A DNA stretch of 64,000 nt from Neoechinorhynchus agilis (lineage: Eukaryota > Animalia > Acanthocephala). Location of the stretch: positions 4,682,389 through 4,746,388 of the forward strand of contig CM121343.1 of NCBI GenBank assembly GCA_051530055.1, in the 5' to 3' direction. The position numbers and the translations under genes were made by a program. Positions 49,838-63,549 of this stretch are shown piece by piece. The notes beneath the pieces are model-generated. The model made no database searches. It was not told the DNA's origin and saw nothing but the letters and a program-made list of their open reading frames with translations. Numbering within the stretch: position 1 is the stretch's first letter; each line of letters starts with the position of its first letter.

Positions 49838-52800
49838 GATGACGTCATCAAAAATGGCGATGACGTCATCAAAAATCACGATCACGTCATGGCGATGACG
49901 TCATCAAAAATGGCCATGACGTCATCAAAAATCACGATCACGTCATGGCGATGACGTCATCAAAAATGGCGATGACGTCATCAAAAATCACGATCACGTC
50001 ATGGCGATGACGTCATCAAAAATGGCGATGACGTCATCAAAAATCACGATCACGTCATGGCGATGACGTCATCAAAAATGGCCATGACGTCATCAAAAAT
50101 CACGATCACGTCATGGCGATGACGTCATCAAAAATGGCGATGACGTCATCAAAAATCACGATCACGTCATGGCGATGACGTCATCAAAAATGGCGATGAC
50201 GTCATCAAAAATCACGATCACGTCATGGCGATGACGTCATCAAAAATGGCCATGACGTCATCAAAAATCACGATCACGTCATGGCGATGACGTCATCAAA
50301 AATGGCGATGACGTCATCAAAAATCACGATCACGTCATGGCGATGACGTCATCAAAAATGGCGATGACGTCATCAAAAATCACGATGACGTCATGGCGAT
50401 GACGTCATCAAAAATGGCGATGACGTCATCAAAAATCACGATGACGTCATGGCGATGACGTCATCAAAAATGGCGATGACGTCATCAAAAATCACGATGA
50501 CGTCATGGCGATGACGTCATCAAATATGGCGATGACGTCATCAAAAATCACGATGACGTCATGGCGATGACGTCATCAAATATGGCGATGACGTCATCAA
50601 AAATCACGATGACGTCATGGCGATGACGTCATCAAAAATGGCGATGACGTCATCAAAAATCACGATGACGTCATGGCGATGACGTCATCAAATATGGCGA
50701 TGACGTCATCAAAAATCACGATGACGTCATGGCGATGACGTCATCAAATATGGCGATGACGTCATCAAAAATCACGATGACGTCATGGCGATGACGTCAT
50801 CAAAAATGGCGATGACGTCATCAAAAATCACGATGACGTCATGGCGATGACGTCATCAAATATGGCGATGACGTCATCAAAAATCACGATGACGTCATGG
50901 CGATGACGTCATCAAATATGGCGATGACGTCATCAAAAATCACGATGACGTCATGGCGATGACGTCATCAAATATGGCGATGACGTCATCAAAAATCGCG
51001 ATGACGTCATCAAAAATCACGATGACGTCATGGCGATGACGTCATCAAATATGGCGATGACGTCATCAAAAATCACGATGACGTCATGGCGATGACGTCA
51101 TCAAAAATGGCGATGACGTCATCAAAAATCACGATACGTAATCCATGACGTCATGCGATGACGTCATCAAAAATCATGACGTCATAAAAATCGCGATGAC
51201 GTCATCAAAAATGGCGATGACGTCATCAAAAATCGCGATGACGTCATCAAAAATGGCGATGACGTCATCAAAAATGGCGATGACGTCATCAAAAATGGCG
51301 ATGACGTCATAAAAAATCACGATGACGTCATGGCGATGACGTCATCAAAAATCGCGATGACGTCATCAAAAATGGCGATGACGTCATCAAAAATCGCGAT
51401 GACGTCATCAAAAATCGCGATGACGTCATCTAAAATGGCGATGACGTCATCAAAAATGGCGATGACGTCATCAAAAATCGCGATGACGTCATCAAAAATG
51501 GCGATGACGTCATCAAAAATGGCGATGACGTCATCAAAAATGGCGATGACGTCATCAAAAATGGCGATGACGTCATCAAAAATGGCGATGACGTCATCAA
51601 AAATGGCGATGACGTCATTAAAAATGGCGATGACGTCATCAAAAATGGCGATGACGTCATCAAAAATCGCGATGACGTCATCAAAAATGGCGATGACGTC
51701 ATCAAAAATGGCGATGACGTCATCAAAAATAACGATGACGTCATCAAAAATGGCGATGACGTCATCAAAAATGGCGATGACGTCATCAAAAATCGCGATG
51801 ACGTCATCAAAAATGGCGATGACGTCATCAAAAATGGCGATGACGTCATCAAAAATGACGATGACGTCAAAAAATGGCGATGACGTCATCAAAAATCGCG
51901 ATGACGTCATCAAAAATGGCGATGACGTCATCAAAAATGGCGATGACGTCATCAAAAATCGCGATGACGTCATCAAAAATCGCGATGACGTCACAAAAAT
52001 GGCGATGACGTCATCAAAAATGGCGATGACGTCATCAAAAATCACGATGACGTCACAAAAATGGCGATGACGTCATCAAAAATGGCGATGACGTCATCAA
52101 AAATCACGATGACGATCAAATCGCGATGACGTCATCAAAAATGGCGATGACGTCATCAAAAACACGATGACGTCACAAAAATGGCGATGACGTCATCAAA
52201 AATGGCGATGACGTCATCAAAAATCACGATGACGTCATGGCGATGACGTCATCAAAAATCGCGATGACGTCATCAAAAATGGCGATGACGTCACAAAACA
52301 ACTCATGGCGATGACGTCATCAAAAATCACGATGACGTCATGGCGATGACGTCATCAAAAATGGCGATGACGTCATCAAAAATCACGATGACGTCATGGC
52401 GATGACGTCATCAAAAATGGCGATGACGTCATCAAAAATCACGATGACGTCATGGCGATGACGTCATCAAAAATGGCGATGACGTCATCAAAAATCACGA
52501 TGACGTCATGGCGATGACGTCATCAAAAATGGCGATGACGTCATCAAAAATGGCGATGACGTCATCAAATAACGATGACGTCATCAAAAATGGCGATGAC
52601 GTCATCAAAAATGGCGATGACGTCATCAAAAATGGCGATGACGTCATCAAAAATCGCGATGACGTCATCAAAATGGCGATGACGTCATCAAAAATGGCGA
52701 TGACGTCATCAAAAATCGCGATGACGTCATCAAAAATGGCGATGACGTCATCAAAAATGGCGATGACGTCATCAAAAATGGCGATGACGTCATCAAAAAT

Positions 52801-55800
52801 GGCGATGACGTCATCAAAAATGGCGATGACGTCATCAAAAATGGCGATGACGTCATCAAAAATGGCGATGACGTCATCAAAAATGGCGATGACGTCATCA
52901 AAAATGGCGATGACGTCATCAAAAATGGCGATGACGTCATAAAAATCGCGATGACGTCATCAAAAATGGCGATGACGTCATCAAAAATGGCGATGACGTC
53001 ATCAAAAATGGCGATGACGTCATCAAAAATGGCGATGACGTCATGAGAAATGGCGATGAAGTCATCAAAAATGGCGATGACATCATCAAAAATGGCGATG
53101 ACGTCATAAAAAATAGCGATGACGTCATCAAAAATCGCGATGACGTCATCAAAAATCGCGATGACGTCATCAAAAATGGCGATGACGTCATCAAAAATGG
53201 CGATGACGTCATCAAAAATGGCGATGACGTCATCAAAAATGGCGATGACGTCATCAAAAATGGCGATGACGTCATAAAAATGGCGATGACGTCATGAAAA
53301 TGGCGATGACGTCATAAAAATGGCGATGACGTCATCAAAAATCGCGATGACGTCATCAAAAATGGCGATGACGTCATCAAAAATGACGATGACGTCATCA
53401 AAAATGGCGATGACGTCATCAAAAATGGCGATGACGTCATCAAAAATGGCGATGACGTCATCAAAAATGGCGATGACGTCATCAAAAATGGCGATGACGT
53501 CATCAAAAATCGCGATGACGTCATCAAAATCGCGATGACGTCATCAAAAATCGCGATGACGTCATCAAAAATGACGATGACGTCATCAAAAATCGCGATG
53601 ACGTCATCAAAAATCGCGATGACGTCATCAAAAATCACGATGACGTCACAAAAATGGCGATGACGTCATCAAAAATGGCGATGACGTCATCAAAAATCGC
53701 GATGACGTCATCAAAAATGGCGATGACGTCATCAAAAATGGCGATGACGTCATCAAAAATGGCGATGACGTCATCAAAAATGGCGATGATGTAATATAAA
53801 ATCGCAATGACGTCATCAATAATCGCGATGACGTCATCAAAAATGGCGATAACGTCATCAAAAATCGCGATGACGTCATCAAAAATCGCGATGACGTCAT
53901 CAAAAATCGCGATGACGTCATCTAAAATGGCGATGACGTCATCAAAAATCGCGATGACGTCACAAAAATGGCGATGACGTCATAAAAAATTGCGATGACG
54001 TCATCAAAAATCACGATGACGTCATCAAAAATCGCGATGACGTCATCAAAAATGGCGATGACGTCATCAAAAATCGCGATGACGTCATGGCGATGACGTC
54101 ATCAAAAATAGCGATGACGTCATCAAAAATCACGATGACGTCACAATCGCGATGACGTCATCAAAAATGGCGATGACGTCATCAAAAATCACGATGACGT
54201 CATGGCGATGACGTCATCAAAAATGGCGATGACGTCATCAAAAATAGCGATGACGTCATCAAAATGGCGATGACGTCATCAAAAATGGCGATGACGTCAT
54301 CAAAAATCGCGATGACGTCATAAAAATGGCGATGACGTCATCAAAAATGGCGATGACGTCATCAAAAATCGCGATGACGTCATCAAAAATGGCGATGACG
54401 TCATCAAAAATGGCGATGACGTCATCAAAAATCACGATGACGTCATGGCGATGACGTCATCAAAAATGGCGATGACGTCATCAAAAATCACGATGACGTC
54501 ATGGCGATGACGTCATCAAAAATGGCGATGACGTCATCAAAAATCACGATGACGTCATGGCGATGACGTCATCAAAAATCGCGATGACGTCATCAAAAAT
54601 GGCGATGACGTCATCAAAATGGCGATGACGTCATCAAAAATCGCGATGACGTCATCAAAAATCACGATGACGTCACAAAATGGCGATGACGTCATCAAAA
54701 ATCGCGATGACGTCATCAAAAATCGCGATGACGTCATCAAAAATGGCGATGACGTCATCAAAAATGGCGATGACGTCATCAAAAATGGCGATGACGTCAT
54801 CAAAAATGGCGATGACGTCATCAAAAATGGCGATGACGTCATCAAAAATCTCGATGACGTCATCAAAAATGGCGATGACGTCATCAAAAATCGCGATGAC
54901 GTCATCAAAAATGGCGATGACGTCATCAAAAATCGCGATGACGTCACAAAAATGGCGATGACGTCATCAAAAATCGCGATGACGTCATCAAAAATCACGA
55001 TGACGTCAAAAAATGGCGATGACGTCATCAAAAATGGCGATGACGTCATCAAAAATGGCGATGACGTCATGAGAAATGGCGATGACGTCATCAAAAATGG
55101 CGATGACGTCATCAAAAATCGCGATGACGTCATGAAAAATGGCGATGACGTCATCAAAAATGGCGATGACGTCATCAAAAATGGCGATGACGTCATCAAA
55201 AATGGCGATGACGTCATCAAAAATGGCGATGACGTCATCAAAAATGGCGATGACGTCATCAAAAATGGCGATGACATCATCAAAAATGGCGATGACGTCA
55301 TCAAAAATAGCGATGACGTCATCAAAAATGGCGATGACGTCATCAAAAATCTCGATGACGTCATCAAAAATGGCGATGACGTCATCAAAAATGGCGATGA
55401 CGTCATCAAAAATGGCGATGACGTCATCAAAAATGGCGATCACGTCATCAAAAATGGCGATGACGTCATCAAAAATCGCGATGACGTCATCAAAAATCGC
55501 GATGACGTCATCAAAAATGGCGATGACGTCATCAAAAATTGCGATGACGTCATCAGAAATCTCGATGACGTCATCAAAAATGGCGATGACGTCATCAAAA
55601 ATGGCGATCACGTCATCAAAAATGGCGATGACGTCATCAAAAATGGCGATGACGTCATCAAAAACAGCGATGACGTCATCAAAAATGGCGATGACGTCAC
55701 AAAAATCGCGATGACGTCATCAAAAATGGCGATGACGTCATCAAAAATTGCGATGACGTCATCAAAAATTGCGATGACGTCATTAAAAATGGCGATGACG

Positions 55801-58800
55801 TCATCAAAAATCGCGATGACGTCATCAAAAATGGCGATGACGTCATGAGAAATGGCGATGACGTCATCAAAAATGGCGATGACGTCATCAAAAATGGCGA
55901 TGACGTCATCAAAAATGGCGATGACGTCATCAAAAATCGCGATGACGTCATCAAAAATCGCGATGACGTCATAAAAATGGCGATGACGTCATCAAAAATG
56001 GCGATGACGTCATCAAAAATGGCGATGACGTCATCAAAAATGGCGATGACGTCATCAAAAATGGCGATGACGTCATGAAAATGGCGATGACGTCATAAAA
56101 ATGGCGATGACGTCATCAAAAATGGCGATGACGTCATCAAAAATGGCGATGACGTCATCAAAAATGGCGATGACGTCATCAAAAATGGCGATGACGTCAT
56201 CAAAAATGGCGATCACGTCATCAAAAATGGCGATGACGTCATCAAAAATGGCGATTACGTCATCAAAAATGGCGATGACGTCATCAAAAATGGCGATGAC
56301 GTCATCAAAAATCGCGATGACGTCATCAAATATCGCGATGACGTCATCAAAAATCGCGATGACGTCATCAAAAATGGCGATGACGTCATCAAAAATGGCG
56401 ATGACGTCATCAAAAATCGCGATGACGTCATCAAAAATCGCGATGACGTCATCAAAAATGGCGATGACGTCATCAAAAATCGCGATGACGTCATCAAAAA
56501 TGGCGATACCGTCATCAAAAATGGCGATGACGTCATCAAAAATGGCGATGATGTAATATAAAATCGCAATGACGTCATCAATAATCGCGATGACGTCATC
56601 AAAAATGGCGATAACGTCATCAAAAATCGCGATGACGTCATCAAAAATCGCGATGACGTCATCAAAAATCGCGATGACGTCATAAAAAATTGCGATGACG
56701 TCATTAAAAATAGCGATGACGTCATCAAAAATCGCGATGACGTCATCAAAAATGGCTATGACGTCATCAATAATCGCGATGACGTCATCAAAAATGGCGA
56801 TGACGTCATCAAAAATAGCGATGACGTCATCAAAAATCACGATGACGTCATCAAAAATCGCGATGACGTCATCAAAAATGGCGATGACGTCATCAAAAAT
56901 CGCGATGACGTCATCATAGATGGCGATGACGTCATCAAAAATGGCGATCACGTCATCAAAAATGGCGATGACGTCATCAAAATGGCGATGACGTCATCAA
57001 AAATGGCGATGACGTCATCAAAAATTGCGATGACGTCATCAAAAATGGCGATGACGTCATCAAAAATGGCGATGACGTCATCAAAAATCGCGATGACGTC
57101 ATCAAAAATGGCGATGACGTCATCAAAAATGGCGATGACGTCATCAAAAATAGCGATGACGTCATCAAAAATAGCGATGACGTCATCAAAAATCGCGATG
57201 ACGTCATCAAAAATCGCGATCACGTCATCAAAAATGGCGACGACGCCATCAAAAATACGTCATCAAAAATAACGATGACGTCATGAAAAGTGGCGATGAC
57301 GTCATCAAAAATCGCGATGACGTCATCAAAAATGGCGATGACGTCATCAAAAATGGCGATGACGTCATCAAAAATCGCGATGACGTCATCAAAAATAGCG
57401 ATGACGTCATCAAAAATGGCGATGACGTCATCAGAAATCGCGATGACGTAATCAGATATCGCGATGACGTCATCAAAAATTGCGATGACGTCATCAAAAA
57501 TGGCGATGACGTCATCAAAAATGGCGATGACGTCATCAAAAATAGCGATGACGTCATCAAAAATGGCGATGACGTCATCAAAAATCTCGATGACGTCATC
57601 AAAAATGTCGATGACGTCATCAAAAATCTCGATGACGTCATCAAAAATCTCGATGACATCATCGAAAATCTCGATGACGTCATCAAAAATCTCGATGACG
57701 TCATCAAAAATCTCGACGACGTCATCAAAAATCTCGATGACGTCATAAAAATTGCGATGACGTCATGAGTAATGGCGATGACGTCATCAAAAATTGCGAT
57801 GACGTCATGAGAAATGGCGATGACGTCATCAAAAAATGGCGATGACGTCATGATAAATGGCGATGACGTCATCAAAAATGGCGAGGACGTCATCAAAAAT
57901 GGCGATGACGTCATCAAAAATGGCGATGACGTAATCAAAAATGGCGATGACGTCATCAAAAATGGGGATGACGTCATCAAAAATGGCGATGACGTCATCA
58001 AAAATGGCGATGACGTCATCAAAAATGGCGATGACATCATCAAAAATGGCGATGACGTCATCAAAAATAGCGATGACGTCATCAAAAATGGCGATGACGT
58101 CATCAAAAATCTCGATGACGTCATCAAAAATGGCGATGACGTCATCAAAAATGGCGATGACGTCATCAAAAATGGCGATGACGTCATCAAAAATCGCGAT
58201 GACGTCATCAAAAATCGCGATGACGTCATCAAAAATGGCGATGACGTCATCAAAAATTGCGATGACGTCATCAAAAATCTCGATGACGTCATCAAAAATG
58301 GCGATGACGTCATCAAAAATGGCGATCACGTCATCAAAAATGGCGATCACGTCATCAAAAATGGCGATGACGTCATCAAAAACAGCGATGACGTCATCAA
58401 AAATGGCGATGACGTCATCAAAAATCGCGATGACGTCATCAAAAATGGCGATGACGTCATCAAAAATTGCGATGACGTCATCAAAAATTGCGATGACGTC
58501 ATTAAAAATGGCGATGACGTCATCAAAAATCGCGATGACGTCATCAAAAATCGCGATGACGTCATCAAAAATGGCGATGACGTCATCAAAAATGGCGATG
58601 ACGTCATCAAAAATCGCGATGACGTAATCAAAAATGGCGATGACGTCATAAAAATGGCGATGACGTCATCAAAAATCGCGATGATGTCATCAAAAATTGC
58701 GATGACGTCATCAAAAATGGCGATGACGTCATCAAAAATCCCGATGACGTCATAAAAAATCGCGATGATGTCATCAAAAATGGCGATGACGTCATCAAAA

Positions 58801-61800
58801 ATGGCGATGAGGTCATAAAAAATGTCGATGACGTCATCAAAAATGGCGACGACGTCATCAAAAATGGCGATGACGTCATGAGAAATGGCGATGAAGTCAT
58901 CAAAAATGGCGATGACATCATCAAAAATGGCGATGACGTCATAAAAAAAGCGATGACGTCATCAAAAATGGCGATGACGTCATCAAAAATCGCGATGACG
59001 TCATAAAAATTGGCGATGACGTCATAAAAAATGGCGATGACGTCATCAAAAATAGCGATGACGTCATGAAAATGGCGATGACGTCATAAAAATGGCGATG
59101 ACATCATCAAAAATGGCGATGACGTCATCAAAAATGGCGATGACGTCATCAAAAATCTCGATGACGTCATCAAAAATGGCGATGACGTCATCAAAAATGG
59201 CGATCACGTCATCAAAAGTGGCGATGACGTCATCAAAAATGGCGATTACGTCATCAAAAATGGCGGCGACGTCATCAAAAATGGCGATGACGTCATCAAA
59301 AATCGCGATGACGTCATCAAATATCGCGATGACGTCATCATTAATGGCGATGACGTCATCAAAAATGGCGATGACGTCATCAAAAATGGCGATGACGTCA
59401 TCAAAAATGGCGATGATGTAATCAAAAATCGCAATGACGTCATCAATAATCGCGATGACGTCATCAAAAATGGCGATAACGTCATCAAAAATCGCGATGA
59501 CGTCATCAAAAATCGCGATGACGTCATCAAAAATGGCGATGACGTCATCAAAAATGGCGATGACGTCATCAAAAATCGCGATGACGTCATCTAAAATGGC
59601 GGTGACGTCATCAAAAATCGCGATGACGTCATCAAAAATGACGATGACGTCATACAAAATTGCGATGACGTCATCAAAAATTGCGATGACGTCATTAAAA
59701 ATGGCGATGACGTCATCAAAAATCGCGATGACGTCATCAAAAATGGCGATGACGTCATCAAAAATCGCGATGACGTAATCAAAAATGGCGATGACGTCAT
59801 CAAAAATGGCGATGACGTCATCAAAAATCGCGATGATGTCATCAAAAATTGCGATGACGTCATCAAAAATCCCGATGACGTCATAAAAAATCGCGATGAT
59901 GTCATCAAAAATGGCGATAACGTCATCAAAAATGGCGACGACGTCATCAAAAATGGCGATGACGTCATGAGAAATGGCGATGAAGTCATAGAAAATGGCG
60001 ATGACATCATCAAAAATGGCGATGACGTCATAAAAAATAGCGATGACGTCATCAAAAATGGCGATGACGTCATCAAAAATCGCGATTACGTCATCAAAAA
60101 TCGCGATGACGTCATAAAAATTGGCGATGACGTCATAAAAAATGGCGATGACGTCATCAAAAATGGCGATGACGTCATCAAAAATGGCGATGACGTCATG
60201 AAAATGGCGATGACGTCATAAAAATGGCGATGACGTCATCAAACATCGCGATGACGTCATCAAAAATGGCGATGACGTCATCAAAAATGACGATGACGTC
60301 ATCAAAAATGGCGATGACGTCATCAGAAATGGCGATCACGTCATCAAAAATGGCGATGACGTCATCAAAAATGGCGATTACGTCATCAAAAATGGCGGCG
60401 ACGTCATCAAAAATGGCGATGACGTCATCAAAAATGGCGATGACGTCATCAAAAATCGCGATGACGTCATCAAAAATCGCGATGACGTCATCAAAAATGG
60501 CGATGACGTCATCAAAAATCGCGATGACGTCATCAAAAATCGCGATGACGTCATCAAAAATGGCGATGACGTCATAAAAAATTGCGCTGACGTCATTAAA
60601 AATAGCGATGACGTCATCAAAAATCGCGATGACGTCATCAAAAATGGCTATGACGTCATCAAAAATCGCGATGACGTCATCAAAAACGGCGATGACGTCA
60701 TCTAAAATAGCGATGACGTCATCAAAAATGGCGATGACGTCATCAAAAATCGCGATGACGTCATCAAAGATGGCGATTACGTCATCAAAAATGGCGATCA
60801 CGTCATCAAAAATGGCGATGACGTCATCAAAATGGCGATGACGTCATCAAAAATGGCGATGACGTCATCAAAAATTGCGATGACGTCATTAAAAATGGCG
60901 ATGACGTCATCAAAAATGGCGATGACGTCATCAAAAATCGCGATGACGTCATCAAAAATGGCGATGACGTCATCAAAAATGACGATGACGTCATCAAAAA
61001 TGGCGATGACGTCATCAAAAATAGCGATGACGTCATCAAAAATAGCGATGACGTCATCAAAAATCGCGATGACGTCATCAAAAATCGTGATGACGTCATC
61101 AAAAATCGCGATGACGTAATCAAAAATGGCGATGACGTCATCAAAAATAACAATGACGTCATGAAAAGTGGCGATGACGTCATCAAAAATCGCGATGACG
61201 TCATCAAAAATGGCGATGACGTCATCAAAAATGGCGATGACGTCATCAAAAATGGCGATGACGTCATCACAAATGGCGACGACGTCATCAAAAATGGCGA
61301 TGACGTCATCAGAAATCGCGATGACGTCAAAAAAATTGGCGATGACGTCATCAAAAATCGCGATGACGTAATCAAAAATGGCGATGACGTCATCAAAAAT
61401 GACGAGGACGTCATCAAAAATGGCGATGACGTCATCAAAAATGGCGATGACGTCATCAAAAATGGGGATGACGTCATCAAAAATGGCGATGACATCATCA
61501 AAAATGGCGATGACGTCATATAAAATGGCGATGACGTCATCAAAAATGGCGATGACGTCATCAAAAATTGCGACGACGTCATCAAAAATCGCGATGACGT
61601 CATCAAAAATCGCGATGACGTCATCAAAAATCGCGATGACGTCATCAAAAATGGCGATGACGTCATCAAAAATGGCGATGACGTCATCAAAAATCGCGAT
61701 GACGTCATCAAAAATGGCGATGACGTCATCAAAAATGGCGATGACGTCATCAAAAATGGCGATGACGTCATCAAAAATGGCGATGACGTCATCAAAAATG

Positions 61801-63549
61801 GCGATGACGTCATCAAAAATGGCGATGACGTCATCAAAAATCGCGATGACGTCATCAAAAATGGCGATGACGTCATCAAAAATGGCGATGACGTCATCAA
61901 AAATGGCGATGACGTCATCAAAAATGGCGATGACGTCATCAAAAATCGCGATGACGTCATCAAAAATGGCGATGACGTCATCAAAAATGGCGATGACGTC
62001 ATCAAAAATGGCGATGACGTCATCAAAAATGGCGATGACGTCATCAAAAATGGCGATGACGTCATCAAAAATGGCGATGACGTCATCAAAAATCGCGATG
62101 ACGTCATCAAAAATGGCGATGACGTCATCAAAAATGGCGATGACGTCATCAAAAATTGCGATGACGTCATCAAAAATGGCGATGACGTCATCAAAAATCG
62201 CGATGACGTCATCAAAAATGGCGATGACGTCATCAAAAATGGCGATGACGTCATCAAAAATCGCGATGACGTCATCAAAAATCGCGATGACGTCATCAAA
62301 AATGGCGATGACGTCATCAAAAATCGCGATGACGTCATCAAAAATCGCGATGACGTCATCAAAAATCGCGATGACGTCATCAAAAATCGCGATGACGTCA
62401 TCAAAAATGGCGATGACGTCATCAAAAATGACGATTACGTCATCAAAAATGGCGATGACGTCATCAAAAATCGCGATGACGTCATCAAAAATGGCGATGA
62501 CGTCATCAAAAATCGCGATGACGTCATCAAAAATGGCGATGACGTCATCAAAAATCGCGATGACGTCATCAAAAATAGTGATGACGTCATCAAAAATCGC
62601 GATGACGTCATCAAAAATGGCGATGACGTCATCAAAAACGGCGATGACGTCATCAAAAATGGCGATGACATCATCAAAAATGGCGATGACCTCATCAAAA
62701 ATGGCGATGACGTCATCAAAAATGGCGATAACGTCATCAAAAATGGCGATGACGTCATCAAAAATCGCGATGACGTCATCAAAAATGGCGATAACGTCAT
62801 CAAAAATGGCGATGACGTCATCAAAAATGGCGATGACATCATCAAAAATGGCGATGACGTCATCAAAAATGGCGATGACGTCATCAAAAATCTCGATGAC
62901 GTCATCAAAAATGGCGATGACGTCATCAAAAATCGCGATGACGTCATCAAAAATGGCGACGACGTCATCAAAAATGGCGATGACGTCATCAAAAATGGCG
63001 ATGACGTCATCAAAAATGGCGATGACGTCATCAAAAATGGCGATGGCGTCATCAAAAATGGCGATGACGTCATCAAAAATCGCGATGACGTAATCAAAAA
63101 TGGCGATGACGTCATCAAAAATGGCGATGACGTCATCAAAAATCGCGACGATGTCATCAAAAATGGCGATGACGTCATCAAAAATGGCGATGACGTCATC
63201 AAAAATGGCGACGACGTCATCAAAAATGGCGATGACGTCATCAAAAATGGCGATGACGTCATCAAAAATTTCGATGACGTCATCAAAAATCGCGATGACG
63301 TCAACACAAATCTCGATGACGTCATCAAAAATCTCGATGACGTCATGAAAAATCTCGATGACGTCATCAAAAATCTCGATGACGTCATGAAAAATCTCGA
63401 CGACGTCATCAAAAATCTCGATGACGTCATCAAAAAATTTCGATGACGTCGTTAAAAATTTCGATGACGTCATCCAAAATCTCGATGACGTGATCAAAAA
63501 TCTTGATGACGTCATCAAAAATTTCGATGACGTCATCGAAAATCTCGAT
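49838..63549 (+). repeat. Satellite block 3, A-tract orientation
   Basis: Starts with a 56-bp higher-order repeat, continues as mostly AAAAATGGC/AAAAATCGC 21-mers, and ends with AAAAATCTC/AAAAATTTC units from ~63260. Confidence 0.95.

Larger units (their letters stand above)
37558..63549. repeat. 26-kb satellite of 21-bp (and 14-bp) units with palindromic GATGACGTCATC core
   Basis: Unit = GATGACGTCATC + 9-bp A-tract spacer (AAAAATGGC, AAAAATCGC, AAAAATCTC, AAAAATTTC or their reverse complements); 14-bp variant ATGACGTCATCGCC. Confidence 0.99.

Noticed and set aside
37510-63536. Dozens of long ORFs such as (DDVIAIF)n, (MTSSPFL)n, (MAMTSSK)n and (DDVIKNG)n, up to 912 aa
   Set aside because: They follow automatically from a 21-bp (7-codon) unit that is stop-free in several frames on both strands; they break wherever 14-bp units occur and show no gene structure.
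37558-63549. CRISPR-like array (palindromic repeat plus spacer)
   Set aside because: Spacers are 2-9 bp and nearly invariant, there are no cas genes, and the context is eukaryotic.
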